From an uncultured Flavobacteriaceae bacterium (lineage in GTDB: Bacteria; Bacteroidota; Bacteroidia; Flavobacteriales; Flavobacteriaceae), in contig CAVUUZ010000001.1 in NCBI GenBank assembly GCA_963744855.1, positions 65,179 to 129,178 on the forward strand: DNA of 64,000 nucleotides. The letters are read 5' to 3'. How positions within the stretch are numbered: the first letter of the stretch is position 1; the number at the start of each line of letters is the position of its first letter. The translations under genes were made by a program, and so were the position numbers. This document shows positions 10,221 through 21,200 of this stretch, piece after piece. The notes under the pieces were generated by a model. The model was not told the DNA's origin. It did no database searches and worked only from the letters and a program-made list of their open reading frames with translations.

Positions 10221-11057
10221 ATGAAAGATATAAGAAGATTCGTTATTTTGATAGCCTTTTCATTTTTAGCATTGCCTGCTGTAAATGCACAGGAAGTGGG
10301 GATTCAACTCTACAGTCTCAGAAATCAGTTTAAAACAGATGTGGAGGGTACGCTGAAAATGATCCATGATTGGGGTATCACCAAAGTGGAAGGGGGAGAT
10401 ACCTATGGGTTGCCAATGGATGAATTTTTAGGCTTGTTAAAAAAGTATGAATTGGAAGTAGTCAGTGTTGGTGCCTCTTTTGAAGAGTTGGCCAATGATC
10501 CGGAAGCTGTTGCTGAAAAAGCAAAAGCCTATGGAGCCAGCTATGTAATGTGTGCCTGGATTCCTCATGAGGGGGATAATTTTACCATTGAGGACACTAA
10601 AAATGCCGTTGATGTCTTTAATAAGGCCGGGGAGATACTGGACAGAGATAATATCATTTTAGCATATCATGCGCATGGATATGAATTCAGGCCCTATGGT
10701 TCCGGCACTTTATTCGATTATATGTCCGAAAATGCAGAAGACTTCTATTTTGAAATGGATGTGTATTGGTTTCAACATGGCGGAGCGGATCCTTTGGCCT
10801 ATTTGAATAAATATACAGATCAGTTTGTTTTGATGCACCTGAAGGATATGGAAAAGGGAATAAAAGGCGACAATACCGGACACGGCGATGTAGAGACCAA
10901 TGTGGTACTGGGTAGTGGGCAAATTGCTATGGCCGAACTGGTAGCCAAATCTAATGAATTGGGGATCGAATACATGTTTATAGAAGATGAATCGTCCCGG
11001 GTGGTGGAACAGGTTCCTCAAAGTTTAGCATTTTTAAAAAGTTTAGAGAGACAATAA
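10221..11057 (+). CDS. Sugar phosphate isomerase/epimerase (AP-endonuclease-2 TIM barrel), secreted
   Basis: Signal peptide MKDIRRFVIL...VNA|QE; motifs GIQLYSLR, YHAHGYEF, FEMDVYW, HLKD, FIEDE. The ORF-track 9654 start is a chimera caused by the upstream frameshift. Confidence 0.85.
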   Translation: MKDIRRFVILIAFSFLALPAVNAQEVGIQLYSLRNQFKTDVEGTLKMIHDWGITKVEGGDTYGLPMDEFLGLLKKYELEVVSVGASFEELANDPEAVAEKAKAYGASYVMCAWIPHEGDNFTIEDTKNAVDVFNKAGEILDRDNIILAYHAHGYEFRPYGSGTLFDYMSENAEDFYFEMDVYWFQHGGADPLAYLNKYTDQFVLMHLKDMEKGIKGDNTGHGDVETNVVLGSGQIAMAELVAKSNELGIEYMFIEDESSRVVEQVPQSLAFLKSLERQ

Positions 11058-11076
11058 AGCTGAGCCTCAGTCTGGA

Positions 11077-12168
11077 TTACTTTTTGATGGCCACGCCTAC
11101 CATGGAATCGGCCGTTCCGTAATACAGGATCCATTGATCCTTAAAATATACCAGGCCCTCAATAAACGTTGTTCCTGCGGCATATTGTCCGCTGGTCTCA
11201 TGAGGGAGACTTGGGCATATGAAAGGTTCGGGTAATCGCTTTAAAAATTTTGCAGGATTTTCTTTATTAAATAACACCTGTCCGCCACAATAGGTGTTTT
11301 CCGGAACCATCTTGCCGGCATCGGGGCCACTTAGGTTTTTTCCATTATAAAGTAATAGGATTCCATTTTCTGTGTATAAAGCAGGAGGTCCGGGTTCTAC
11401 CAAATGGCTATCGAAATCACCCAGTTTCGGTTCAAAAACGTGAAGCAACTCCCCATTCTTATCTAACAATGGTTCCCAATGTATTCCATCCTCAGAACTT
11501 GCCAGATTTACAAATAATTCTCCCCAATACATCCAGTATTGGTCCATGATCTTTTTTGCGATTAGTCGGTCGTTGACTAATTCCGTAACCATGGAACCGG
11601 ATTTACTCCAGGTATCCAGAAATTTACCATTGTAAGCCTTTTCAAACACAGGTCCTTTTTTGGTCCAGGTTTTAAGATCATCAGAGGTGGCCACCGAAAG
11701 TCTGGCCACATCTTTATTCCAGCTGGTATACATCATTACATACGAGCCATCTGGTAACTCCACAACACGAGGGTCTTCTACGCCTCCGGGGTGATCCCAC
11801 TTTGCAAATGCATCATGATCAGGAAAGAGTATGGGATCCGGGAATTTATCAAAGGAAATACCATCGGTACTATACGCAAGACCAATTCTTGAGGTCCTTC
11901 CCCCTAAAATGGCTGCAGGATTGTCTTCTGCTCTGAACAAAAGGAAAACCGTATCGTTCCGAACGATGGCACCTGGATTAAAAACATCTGCTTTTTGCCA
12001 TTGTACCTCTTGCTTATCTAATGGATTTAAGAAAATAGCCGTGCTGTCTGCTTGCAGAATAGGGTTGGTGGCGGGTTTTTCAAAGCCCAGTAACCAGGGT
12101 TCTTGTGCGTTTGAAATATAACCAAAAAGGAAACTGAGGATCAGGAAGAATGCCGGGACGTTTTTCAT
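11077..12168 (-). CDS. Glycoside hydrolase family 130 protein (secreted, beta-mannosidase-type)
   Basis: Signal peptide; FNPGAIV, RAED, SRIGLAYSTDG, GVEDPR, SKSG, VEPGP, YYGTADS propeller motifs. Confidence 0.85.
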   Translation of the reverse strand: MKNVPAFFLILSFLFGYISNAQEPWLLGFEKPATNPILQADSTAIFLNPLDKQEVQWQKADVFNPGAIVRNDTVFLLFRAEDNPAAILGGRTSRIGLAYSTDGISFDKFPDPILFPDHDAFAKWDHPGGVEDPRVVELPDGSYVMMYTSWNKDVARLSVATSDDLKTWTKKGPVFEKAYNGKFLDTWSKSGSMVTELVNDRLIAKKIMDQYWMYWGELFVNLASSEDGIHWEPLLDKNGELLHVFEPKLGDFDSHLVEPGPPALYTENGILLLYNGKNLSGPDAGKMVPENTYCGGQVLFNKENPAKFLKRLPEPFICPSLPHETSGQYAAGTTFIEGLVYFKDQWILYYGTADSMVGVAIKK

Positions 12169-12318
12169 AGGTATTTTATATATTCAGGAAATGGCTAAAG
12201 TAGCGTCCCGGACGTTTTTTTGCCTCAGGACTCCCACACAATTAGAAAGGTACGGCTTTTTGATATTATCCTTACTTTTATTACCGTTTTAGATCGCATC
12301 CTTAAATTTAACCTAATC

Positions 12319-13029
12319 TTGAAAAAAACTTATATTTTACTGGTCTTTGTTTTTATCCTCTGGAACTGCAGAGAGCAAGTGAAGGAGCAACCTGCCATCG
12401 AAGTTTTACAGTCGGTGAAAAAAATGAAGGATTCCGTGCTTCCAATCATCTCAAAACCGTTTTCTACATTTGATGGCATCTCGGATACCACCTTTATTAG
12501 ACTTGCCGATTTCAGTGGAGACTTTGCCTATGATCTGAGATACGCTACGGAAAATAATTTTTTAAAGACTAAGGTGTATGATTGTGCCGAGTGTTACACA
12601 CGAAGTAAAACCGCCAAAGCATTAATAGCTGCTAATAAGGTGTTGGCACAAAAAGGGTATCGAATTAAATTCTTTGATTGTTACAGGCCAAACGCTGTTC
12701 AATATAAGATGTGGGAGATTTTTCCAAATCCTCAGTATGTAGCGGATCCTGCCAAAGGATCTATTCATAACAGGGGAGGGGCGGTAGATATTACCCTGGA
12801 GACCCTTGACGGCTCAGAATTAAACATGGGGACCGATTTTGATTTTTTCGGGAAAGAGGCGCATCATGATTATTTACAACACCCGGAAGAAGTGCTTCAG
12901 AATAGAAGGTTGCTGAAAGAAGTTATGGAGGCCCATGGTTTTTGGTCTATACGAACAGAATGGTGGCATTATAACCTCGGTAGCGCCTCCAATGATCCGG
13001 TGGCTAACTTTCGTTGGGATTGTCCCTGA
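12319..13029 (+). CDS. ddpX: M15D D-Ala-D-Ala dipeptidase (VanX/DdpX-like), probable lipoprotein
   Basis: DCYRP, SIHNRGGAVD, MGTDFD, EWWHY motifs; probable TTG start at 12319 with ...ILWNC lipobox-like signal. Confidence 0.88.
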   Translation: MKKTYILLVFVFILWNCREQVKEQPAIEVLQSVKKMKDSVLPIISKPFSTFDGISDTTFIRLADFSGDFAYDLRYATENNFLKTKVYDCAECYTRSKTAKALIAANKVLAQKGYRIKFFDCYRPNAVQYKMWEIFPNPQYVADPAKGSIHNRGGAVDITLETLDGSELNMGTDFDFFGKEAHHDYLQHPEEVLQNRRLLKEVMEAHGFWSIRTEWWHYNLGSASNDPVANFRWDCP

Positions 13030-13031
13030 AC

Positions 13032-14216
13032 TTATGTTAGTTTTTGGCATTGGATCAAGATCCGTTCTCCTGAAGACGTCGTTGTAAAGAATAAAAATAC
13101 TTCCCCGCCATCCAAAATTTTATGTTGCTTTCGCAGTTGTGCCACCGTTTCAGGAAAATTCCTGGTGGTGATATTGGCCTTGGTACCCTTTAAAGTCTTT
13201 AAGTTCTTTTTATTGTAAGGAATAACCTCTAAGATCTCAAAAGTACGTCCAGGAAATTTTTTTAGGGTATCGGAGGTGTACAGATGTGTGTGTTCATGAA
13301 ATTTATTTAAACCAAGGGCCGCCCCCAGGATCTTAAAGCCTCCGGATTTTAGCAGGGCGGCATTAGGTTCATACAAATAGCGTAAAGGCGATGAAAATTC
13401 GCTGATGGCCCGCTTTTCTTCCTGCCATTTAAAAACGAATACCTCGTCGCCCTTCTTGGTGAGGTTTATCGTTTTGATAGGAATATTATTTGGAGGTATG
13501 GTATTCTTAAGGATCCAAAGTAATTCTTTTACTTCATTGTTGACGGCTATCACCTGTATCTCATGCACCTGTTTTAGTTCCCGGAGTCCGGCAGTGATAT
13601 CCAGCAGGGGAGATGTTTTAAGAAGGAATTGATTTGTACGGGAAAAAATCAGATCGAGATGCCTGGTGATATTTGGCGTGCAGTCTTCCAGTTTAAAGAC
13701 CTTGTTTTTTAAGTCATCTCGTCTACTGGGATCCGCATAGATCCAGTCGAATCTAAGATCCGTTTTCTTGAGAAATTCAATTCCATCAATACAGTGAGTT
13801 TCAATATTGTTTACATTCAATATTGAATTGTTATGAGAAACAATTTGACATAAATCCTGATCCCATTCACAATGATAAACTCTGGTCATTTTACGGCTGA
13901 AGTAATAGGCATCAACCCCAAAGCCACCAGTGAGGTCCATCAGGTTTTTTCCATGCACCAAACCTGACTTATAAGAGGCTGTGATTTCTGAAGAGGTTTG
14001 TTCAATATGTAGCTTATTAGGGTAGTAAATTCCAGATGTATCATGCCAGGTCGGCAGCTTGGCAGAGGCCTTTTTCTTACTCTCGATCTGCTGAACAAGT
14101 TCTTTTTGTGAAACATCGTTAAATTTAGGTCCGGAAAGCAATACTGACAGGATGTCAGTATCTAAATTATTTTTTATAAATACTTGTACACCAGTATTTA
14201 ATACATTTTTATTCAA
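13032..14216 (-). CDS. Class I SAM-dependent methyltransferase with THUMP-like domain
   Basis: EQTSSE, DLTGGFGVD, DPSRR, KTSPLLDI, YLYEPN motifs of the conserved Bacteroidota family. Confidence 0.85.
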   Translation of the reverse strand: MNKNVLNTGVQVFIKNNLDTDILSVLLSGPKFNDVSQKELVQQIESKKKASAKLPTWHDTSGIYYPNKLHIEQTSSEITASYKSGLVHGKNLMDLTGGFGVDAYYFSRKMTRVYHCEWDQDLCQIVSHNNSILNVNNIETHCIDGIEFLKKTDLRFDWIYADPSRRDDLKNKVFKLEDCTPNITRHLDLIFSRTNQFLLKTSPLLDITAGLRELKQVHEIQVIAVNNEVKELLWILKNTIPPNNIPIKTINLTKKGDEVFVFKWQEEKRAISEFSSPLRYLYEPNAALLKSGGFKILGAALGLNKFHEHTHLYTSDTLKKFPGRTFEILEVIPYNKKNLKTLKGTKANITTRNFPETVAQLRKQHKILDGGEVFLFFTTTSSGERILIQCQKLT

Positions 14217-14223
14217 ACTAATA

Positions 14224-15324
14224 CTATAAGTTTTGAGTAAGTTGCTTTACGATCTTGTTATCGGCTAAAAATTCCTTTAAAATCACTTTTATGGCGGTAT
14301 AACCGGGCACAGCCACGATCATTCCCAGCACTCCAAAGAGCAATCCTGCTATAATGATCACCAGGAAAATTTCGAGGGGATGTGACTTTACACTGTTAGA
14401 AAAAATTATGGGTTGGGAGAAGAAATTATCAACCAATTGACCTATTATAAAACCGATGATAACATAGCCGGTATTTGGTAAAATTACCGAGGTAAAATCG
14501 GCTCCAAGATTAGAGGTCATAGAGAGGATAATCATAATGACGGCACCTATGATCGGACCTAAATATGGTATAATATTGAACAGGGCGCAGAGGAAGGCGA
14601 TCACTATAGCATTTGGGATTCCTGCCAGCAGCAAAACAATGGTATAAATCACAAAAAGGATCAGGATCTGAAATAGTAATCCAACGAAATAACGGGATAG
14701 TAACCCATTGATCTTTTCAAGGGATTTACTCATTCCTGTTTCTTTGTTATCGGGAACAAATGTGAGCAGGCCTCTTTGAAAGAGCGATGAATCCTTAAGA
14801 AAGAAAAAAGAGATGAACAAAACAGAGAAAAGGCCAATGCCTGCGGCACTCAGAGTATTTACAAAGGAGTTGAGAAAATTTGGGATAAAGCCGATATCGA
14901 ATCCCTGGAGAATATTCTTTTCAAATGCCGTGCCTTTGATAATATCATTAAATTGTTCTGGTGAGGCACCAAAGTAGAGGGTTATTTCCTGATAGAGAGT
15001 AATGAATTTATTTCTAAGATCTTCTATATTCAATAAGGATAAATTGGCAGCTTGTTCGGTAATTAAAGGGAAGAAAAGAGCAATGATCCCCGCAAGAACA
15101 CCGATCATTAGTACCATGGTAGCCACCACAGCCAGTGTATTTGGAAATTTAAGTCGGCGCCTCAAAAACAGTACTACCGGCCGGCCAATAAGGGCTACCA
15201 CAGCAGCCAGGGACAGATAGGCCAGGACAGACCTTATTTCATATAGGAAATACAGAAGAATGAGGATCCCCGAAAGGATCCCTACGGCCCTTAAAATTCC
15301 ATTTGATAGTGTTTGTGCATTCAT
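14224..15324 (-). CDS. AI-2E family transporter
   Basis: Multi-TM protein; NIIPYLGP, QLVDN..QP, HPLEIF...G.LG...AVP motifs. Confidence 0.9.
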   Translation of the reverse strand: MNAQTLSNGILRAVGILSGILILLYFLYEIRSVLAYLSLAAVVALIGRPVVLFLRRRLKFPNTLAVVATMVLMIGVLAGIIALFFPLITEQAANLSLLNIEDLRNKFITLYQEITLYFGASPEQFNDIIKGTAFEKNILQGFDIGFIPNFLNSFVNTLSAAGIGLFSVLFISFFFLKDSSLFQRGLLTFVPDNKETGMSKSLEKINGLLSRYFVGLLFQILILFVIYTIVLLLAGIPNAIVIAFLCALFNIIPYLGPIIGAVIMIILSMTSNLGADFTSVILPNTGYVIIGFIIGQLVDNFFSQPIIFSNSVKSHPLEIFLVIIIAGLLFGVLGMIVAVPGYTAIKVILKEFLADNKIVKQLTQNL

Positions 15325-15327
15325 AGC

Positions 15328-15978
15328 TTAATTTTTGAAGGCGTATTGAATAATGTTCGCCCCCATTTGCAGTGCTTTTTGTCTTACTTCTTCGGCATCA
15401 TTGTGAACTTCCGGATCTTCCCAACCATCTCCAAGATCGCTCTCAAACGTAAACAGAAGGATCAAGCGGTCTTGATTAAAGATGCCAAAGGCCTGAGGTC
15501 TTTTACCATCGTGTTCATGAATTTTAGGCAGCCCATCGGGAAACTGAAATTTTTGGGAGAAAATGGGATGTTCAGGGCCCAACTCTTCTAAGTCTTTCTC
15601 TGGAAAAACCTTCTTTAGTTCTTTTCTGAGATAAGGCTCCATTCCAAAATTATCATCGATATGAAGAAAACCGCCTGCCAGTAGGTAGGTTCTGAGATTA
15701 AGCGCCTCATCCTCTGAGAAAAAGACGTTCCCATGCCCCGTCATATGAATAAAAGGATATTGAAAAAGGGCGCTACTGCCGGCTTCAACGGTCTTTGGTT
15801 TAGGATCAATTTCGGTGCGAATTGTTTGATTGCAGAAACGTATTAGATTTGGAAGGGCCGTAGGATTGGAATACCAATCGCCGCCCCCCTTATATTTAAG
15901 AACGGCTATTTCTTGTGCCTGAAGGGACAACGATGCCATCAAGGGTAACAGAAGCAGTAATAGAGTACGTCGCAACAT
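15328..15978 (-). CDS. DUF4159 domain protein
   Basis: Signal peptide; GGGDWY, MTGHG, GGFLHIDDNFG, LPKIHEHDG, DLGDGWED. Confidence 0.85.
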   Translation of the reverse strand: MLRRTLLLLLLPLMASLSLQAQEIAVLKYKGGGDWYSNPTALPNLIRFCNQTIRTEIDPKPKTVEAGSSALFQYPFIHMTGHGNVFFSEDEALNLRTYLLAGGFLHIDDNFGMEPYLRKELKKVFPEKDLEELGPEHPIFSQKFQFPDGLPKIHEHDGKRPQAFGIFNQDRLILLFTFESDLGDGWEDPEVHNDAEEVRQKALQMGANIIQYAFKN

Positions 15979-16002
15979 AATAAATCAACTTAATTAATCT
16001 TT

Positions 16003-16010
16003 CAAATGTA
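16003..16010 (-). promoter_or_regulatory. Bacteroidota sigma-A -7 element (TACATTTG)
   Basis: Exact TAnnTTTG match about 25 nt upstream of the DUF4159 start. Confidence 0.55.
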
Positions 16011-16073
16011 AGGAATATCACGGTTAAATAGATGTTGAGCCAGGGCCGGCACAAACACTTTACTATAAGTATT

Positions 16074-16781
16074 TTAACGACTGTTAAAAACTGCGACGGT
16101 GGTACAAGCGTAAATAGCGGCTGTCTCCGTCCGTAATCTGCTTTCCCCTAAAGAAACTGATAAGAAGCCATGCTCATAGGCAAGATCTACCTCTGCCTCC
16201 GTAAAGTCGCCTTCCGGGCCTATTAAAATAGTAATGGGTTTATCTGGAGCAATACGGCGCTTTAATTCCATTTTTTCTTCGTCATGGCAATGTGCAATGA
16301 ATAAGATGCCGCTGTGCTTTTTTTTCATATACTCCGTAAAAGAAATGGGTTCATGGAGTACCGGAAGGTAAGTTCTTAGTGATTGTTTCATAGCTCCCTG
16401 TAAAACTTTCTGGAGTCGAGCCATTTTCAGTGTTTTGCGTTCAGATCTGTTGCAAAAAATTGGCGTGATCTCATTGACGCCTATTTCAGTAGCTTTTTCG
16501 AGGAACCATTCAAACCGATCATTGCTTTTGGTCGGGGCCACAACCATATGCAAAGAATGCATTTTTCGATGTCTTTTCTGTGAGGAAACCACCATTGCGG
16601 TCGTATTCTTAGGATCAACATTGACCAATGATGCCACAAACAACCACCCTTTTCCATTGGTTATTTGAAATTCATCTCCTTTCTTTTTGCGCAACACTTT
16701 TAGAAGATGCTTGCTCTCATCAGCATTTATCTTAAATTCTTTGGTTGTTTCTGAGATATCAGGATTATAAAATAATTGCAT
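16074..16781 (-). CDS. rsmE: 16S rRNA (uracil1498-N3)-methyltransferase
   Basis: H..KVLR, EKATEIGV, IGPEGDF, LG..RLRTETAA (SPOUT). Confidence 0.95.
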   Translation of the reverse strand: MQLFYNPDISETTKEFKINADESKHLLKVLRKKKGDEFQITNGKGWLFVASLVNVDPKNTTAMVVSSQKRHRKMHSLHMVVAPTKSNDRFEWFLEKATEIGVNEITPIFCNRSERKTLKMARLQKVLQGAMKQSLRTYLPVLHEPISFTEYMKKKHSGILFIAHCHDEEKMELKRRIAPDKPITILIGPEGDFTEAEVDLAYEHGFLSVSLGESRLRTETAAIYACTTVAVFNSR

Positions 16782-16793
16782 AGTCTATTTTTT

Positions 16794-17138
16794 TTAAAGT
16801 TTTAGTTTGCGCTGGGCATGTTCTATTCCCAGTTTAATCCAGTGGTGAAGCATTTCCTCTGTTTCCAGGCCAGTGGGTTTCACATAGATGAATTCCTTCA
16901 TTGGTCTATTCGTAAAATCCATTACTTGTGTAAATGGGTTTAAAAGTGCCTCCTCCATTTTCTCTGAAACCACTCTAACCATAAGCTTTTCCTTCATCAC
17001 CCCAATGGTCATTTTGCCCTTGAGTAAGAAGGCCAGACCACCAAACATTTTTTTCTCGGTTATATTAGTGTGGATGGAAGTTGGATATAACTTCAGGGAA
17101 AGTCGGATTCGCTGTGCGAGAAATTCATCGAACGCCAT
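16794..17138 (-). CDS. TfoX/Sxy N-terminal domain protein
   Basis: MAFDE.LA.RIR, EKKMFGGLAF...GKM, MDFT.RPM motifs. Confidence 0.85.
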   Translation of the reverse strand: MAFDEFLAQRIRLSLKLYPTSIHTNITEKKMFGGLAFLLKGKMTIGVMKEKLMVRVVSEKMEEALLNPFTQVMDFTNRPMKEFIYVKPTGLETEEMLHHWIKLGIEHAQRKLKL

Positions 17139-17182
17139 GATCAGATATTTTTTAGTGCTGACAAATTAAAGATAGAGGAATT

Positions 17183-18218
17183 TTATAAATTTTGAGGAAT
17201 GATATAGCGCGCCTTGGCAGTAACGTTCTGATCGGAAAAATTCCCTTCGAGATACTTCAAATACCCTACGATCCCTATCATGGCAGCATTGTCCGTGCAA
17301 TATTCAAATTTGGGTATATAAGTTTTCCAGCCAAGCGATGTTTCAGCTTCTTTCAGCGCGGACCTAATACCGGAATTGGCCGACACCCCGCCACCTATAG
17401 CCACTTGTGTAATCCCGGTTTGCTTAACCGCCTTCTTCAATTTGTCCATTAGAATACCTACTATGGTATACTGTATGGAGGCACAAATATCTTCTTTGTG
17501 CTGTTCTACAAAGTTTGGATCTTTGGCGATTTCCTTCTGAATGAAATATAAAATACTGGTCTTTAGCCCACTAAAACTAAAATCGAGGCCCTTTACCTTT
17601 GGTCTGGGAAACTTATAGGCTTTGGGGTTTCCAATCTGAGCTAATTTGTCAACTAAAGGTCCACCAGGATAAGGTAGTCCCAGGATCTTTGCTGATTTAT
17701 CAAAAGCTTCTCCAACGGCATCGTCAAGGGTTTCTCCCAGGATCTCCATATCAAAGTAATTATTCACCTTTACAATTTGAGTATGACCACCACTTATGGT
17801 CATGGCCAGAAAAGGAAAGCTAGGTTTATCATATCCTTTTTCTGTGATAAAATGGGCCAGGATATGAGCTTGCATATGGTTTACTTCTAATCAGTGGAAT
17901 ACTGAGGCCAAGGGCCATGGATTTGGCAAAGGACGTGCCAACGAGTAAGGACCCCATAAGACCCGGACCTCTGGTAAAAGCTATGGCTGATAGCTGTTTT
18001 TTGTCGATATTTGCCTTGGCCAAAGCCTGATGAATTACTGGAACAATATTTTGCTGGTGAGCCCTGGAAGCCAATTCTGGTACTACGCCGCCAAATTCCT
18101 CGTGTATTTTTTGGGTGGCAACCACATTGCTGAGGGTGGTATCATTGCATAAAACAGCAGCTGATGTGTCATCGCAAGAAGATTCAATGGCCAGTAGGTA
18201 TATATTTTGTTTTTTCAC
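17183..18218 (-). CDS. tsaD: tRNA N6-threonylcarbamoyltransferase TsaD (one frameshift near 17890, probably sequencing error)
   Basis: [27 protein letters not shown] in one frame. Removing one base at ~17890 restores EVNHMQAH and joins [22 protein letters not shown]. Confidence 0.92.
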
Positions 18219-18245
18219 CTAGCTTTGGAATAATTATTGGTCGTA

Positions 18246-18253
18246 CAAAGGTA
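18246..18253 (-). promoter_or_regulatory. Bacteroidota -7 element (TACCTTTG) for tsaD
   Basis: Exact TAnnTTTG about 28 nt upstream of the tsaD GTG. Confidence 0.6.
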
Positions 18254-18267
18254 AATCATAAAGCCCT

Positions 18268-21200
18268 ATCAAAAAACTTAGAAAAATACTGATCCGAGTC
18301 CTACTGGCAGTATTGCTTGTATTGGTTCTAACCTCTATTGTCCTCTCCTTACCGATTGTTCAAACAAAATTGGCAAACTATGCTACCAATACAATCAACA
18401 AAGAATATGGAACCAATATCAACATAGATAAACTTCGGGTTTCCTTGATCTCATGGGATACTTCCCTAAAGGGTGTTTTTATACAGGATTATCAAAAAGA
18501 CACGCTTTTTTATATTAATGAAATCACTACATCGATCTTAAGTATACGCAATTTGATTGGAGGAAGTCTTGAATTTGGAGATATTGAAGTAGATCAATTA
18601 AACTTTAAATTAAAAACCTACAAAGGGGAAACAGATACCAATCTGGACATATTCGTTGAAAAATTAGACGATAATAAACCGAGAGATCCTGAAACACCGC
18701 CATTTTATTTGTCATCTTCAGACATTTCTATTGAGAATAGTAAATTCAGATTGATTGATGAAAATTTAGAAACTGCTGAAACCCTCGATTTTCGTGAATT
18801 AAATTTAAATGCAACCGATTTTGAAATTTTAGGGCCTGAGGTAACCACCAAGATAGAGGCATTGTCTCTCAGGAGCGGAAGCGGAGTAGAATTAAGTAAA
18901 CTGGCCACTTCCTTTAAATATACAAAGCAACAAATGCGATTTGATTCGCTCGATGTCCAAACCCCGAAATCGCATCTCATTGGTAATCTCGTATTCGATT
19001 ATAACAGGGAGGACTTTGGAGACTTTCTGAATAAGGTGAATATCACGGCGGTCTTTCAGGATTCAAAAGTATCCCTGGACGATGTTAATATTTTAAGCAA
19101 ACAGTTTGGTGAAGAAAAGGAAGTTTTATTTTCTGCCTCCATGAACGGGGTTCTGAATGATCTCAATGTAAACGAAGTCTTTTTAAATACAGAAAATACG
19201 GGCATCAGGGGTGACTTCAATTTCAAAAACCTTTTTGCCAAGGATGATCCCTTTGTGTTGCAGGCAGGCATTAAAAATATTACCACTAGTTATTATGAAT
19301 TGAGATCCTTGATGCCGGAAGTTTTGGGCAACTCCATACCTATTACATTTGCAAAGTTAGGCCAATTTACTGTGCGTGGAGACGCCACCATCACCGAATC
19401 TTCTGTGGATGCCAGGGTGAATATTAACAGCAGCATTGGGAGCAGCTACGTAGATCTTACCCTTACGGAAGTGAATGACATAAACAATGCCAAGTACAAG
19501 GGCTTTGTATCGCTTATAGATTTTAATCTTGGAAAGTTCGTTAATGAAGATAATCTCGGAATTACTTCTCTGGATGTAAATGTGGAGGGACAGGGTTTTG
19601 CCAAGAATAATTTGAATACCGAAGTTATAGGACAGGTCTATACGTTGCAATTCAATAATTATGAATACAGGGATATCAGCGTTTCAGGTATCCTTAAGGA
19701 CCAGCTTTTCGATGGGTCCCTGGTGAGTAAAGATGCTAACTTCAATTTGAATTTTAAGGGATTGGCCGACTTTGGGGGTACGGTCAATAATTTTAATTTC
19801 AACGCCTCTGTCGCTTATGCCGATCTGAAGAAACTAAACTTTTTAAAAGACAGCGTCTCTATTTTTAAAGGAGATGTAGTAATGGATGTCTCAGGTAGTT
19901 CCCTGGACGATGTGGTTGGGAACATCACATTTACAAATACAAACTACCAGAACATCAATAACACCTATTTTTTTGAAGACTTTAATGTGGTTTCATCTTT
20001 TGGTCAGGACTCCACCAGGAGTATAGAGATCAACTCCCCCGATATTATCACTGGCTTTATGAGGGGTAAGTTTAAAGTAAATGAATTAGACAAACTTATT
20101 CGAAACTCTATTGGTAGTATTTATACGAACTACAAACCATTCGATATATCCGAAGGGCAGACGCTCGATTTTAATTTTAAGATTTATAACAAGATCGTTG
20201 AGGTCTTCTTTCCTGAAGTGGTCTTTGATCCCAATACATTTATCCGGGGTAATATTGTGGCAGATGAAGGCGATTTTAAACTAAACTTCAAATCGCCCAG
20301 GATTGCGGCCTTTGAGAATGTATTTGACAGTATAGATGTTAAGATCGACAATAAAAACCCGCTTTTTAATACCTATGTTTCTATCAAGGATGTGTCTACT
20401 GTGTATTACGATGTACAAGATTTCAGCCTTATCAATAGGACGTTGACGGATACCCTCTTTTTCAGGACAGAATTTAAGGGAGGGAGTGAGTTTAATGACA
20501 GTTATAACCTCAACTTCTATCATACGTTTAACGCACAGAACAGATCTGTCATCGGCTTAAAAAGATCCGATGTTAGCTTTAAAGGAAATACGTGGGTCCT
20601 CAATAAGGATGGGGACCAAAAGAACAAGGTGATCGTTAACAGATCTCTGGATAGTATTCAGATCGAGGAGATCGTCATGAACAATGACAACAGGGAACAG
20701 ATCAGGTTAAGAGGTGAGTTGGCAGATTCTACCTACAAGGATCTTCAACTCGATTTTAAGATCGTTTCCCTGAGTAAAATAGCGCCCACCATTGATAGCT
20801 TAAAACTTAAAGGAGAGATTACAGGAACCTTAAATATCCTACAAAAGGATGATATTTATCTCCCATCGTGTAATCTGGAGATCACAGACTTTGGGGTGAA
20901 CGACATTACGCTGGGCGAATTAACAGTAGGGATCGTAGGTAACCGCGATTTAACGGAATACGTGGTAAATACGCAGATAGATGATAATGGTATCGAAAAG
21001 TTCAGTCTCCTCGGGAACTTTGACAATAGGGATGATGTACCCATTGCAGACCTGATGGCCAATTTTAATGATTTTAATCTGGAACCTTTTAGCCCGCTTG
21101 GCGAAGGGGTAATTACAAATATCCGAGGGCTGTTAAACGGTACAGCACAAATTAAAGGAGACCTCAGGAATCCGGACATAAGTGGATTGCTCACGCTCAA

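Noticed and set aside
9654-11057. 467-aa ORF that looks like a dehydrogenase-subunit/TIM-barrel fusion
   Set aside because: Chimera from two compensating frameshifts. The TIM-barrel gene has its own ATG and signal peptide at 10221, and the upstream gene stops at 10177.
12319-13029. Vancomycin-resistance gene vanX
   Set aside because: Stand-alone DdpX-type dipeptidase in a Gram-negative housekeeping context with no vanHA/vanRS.
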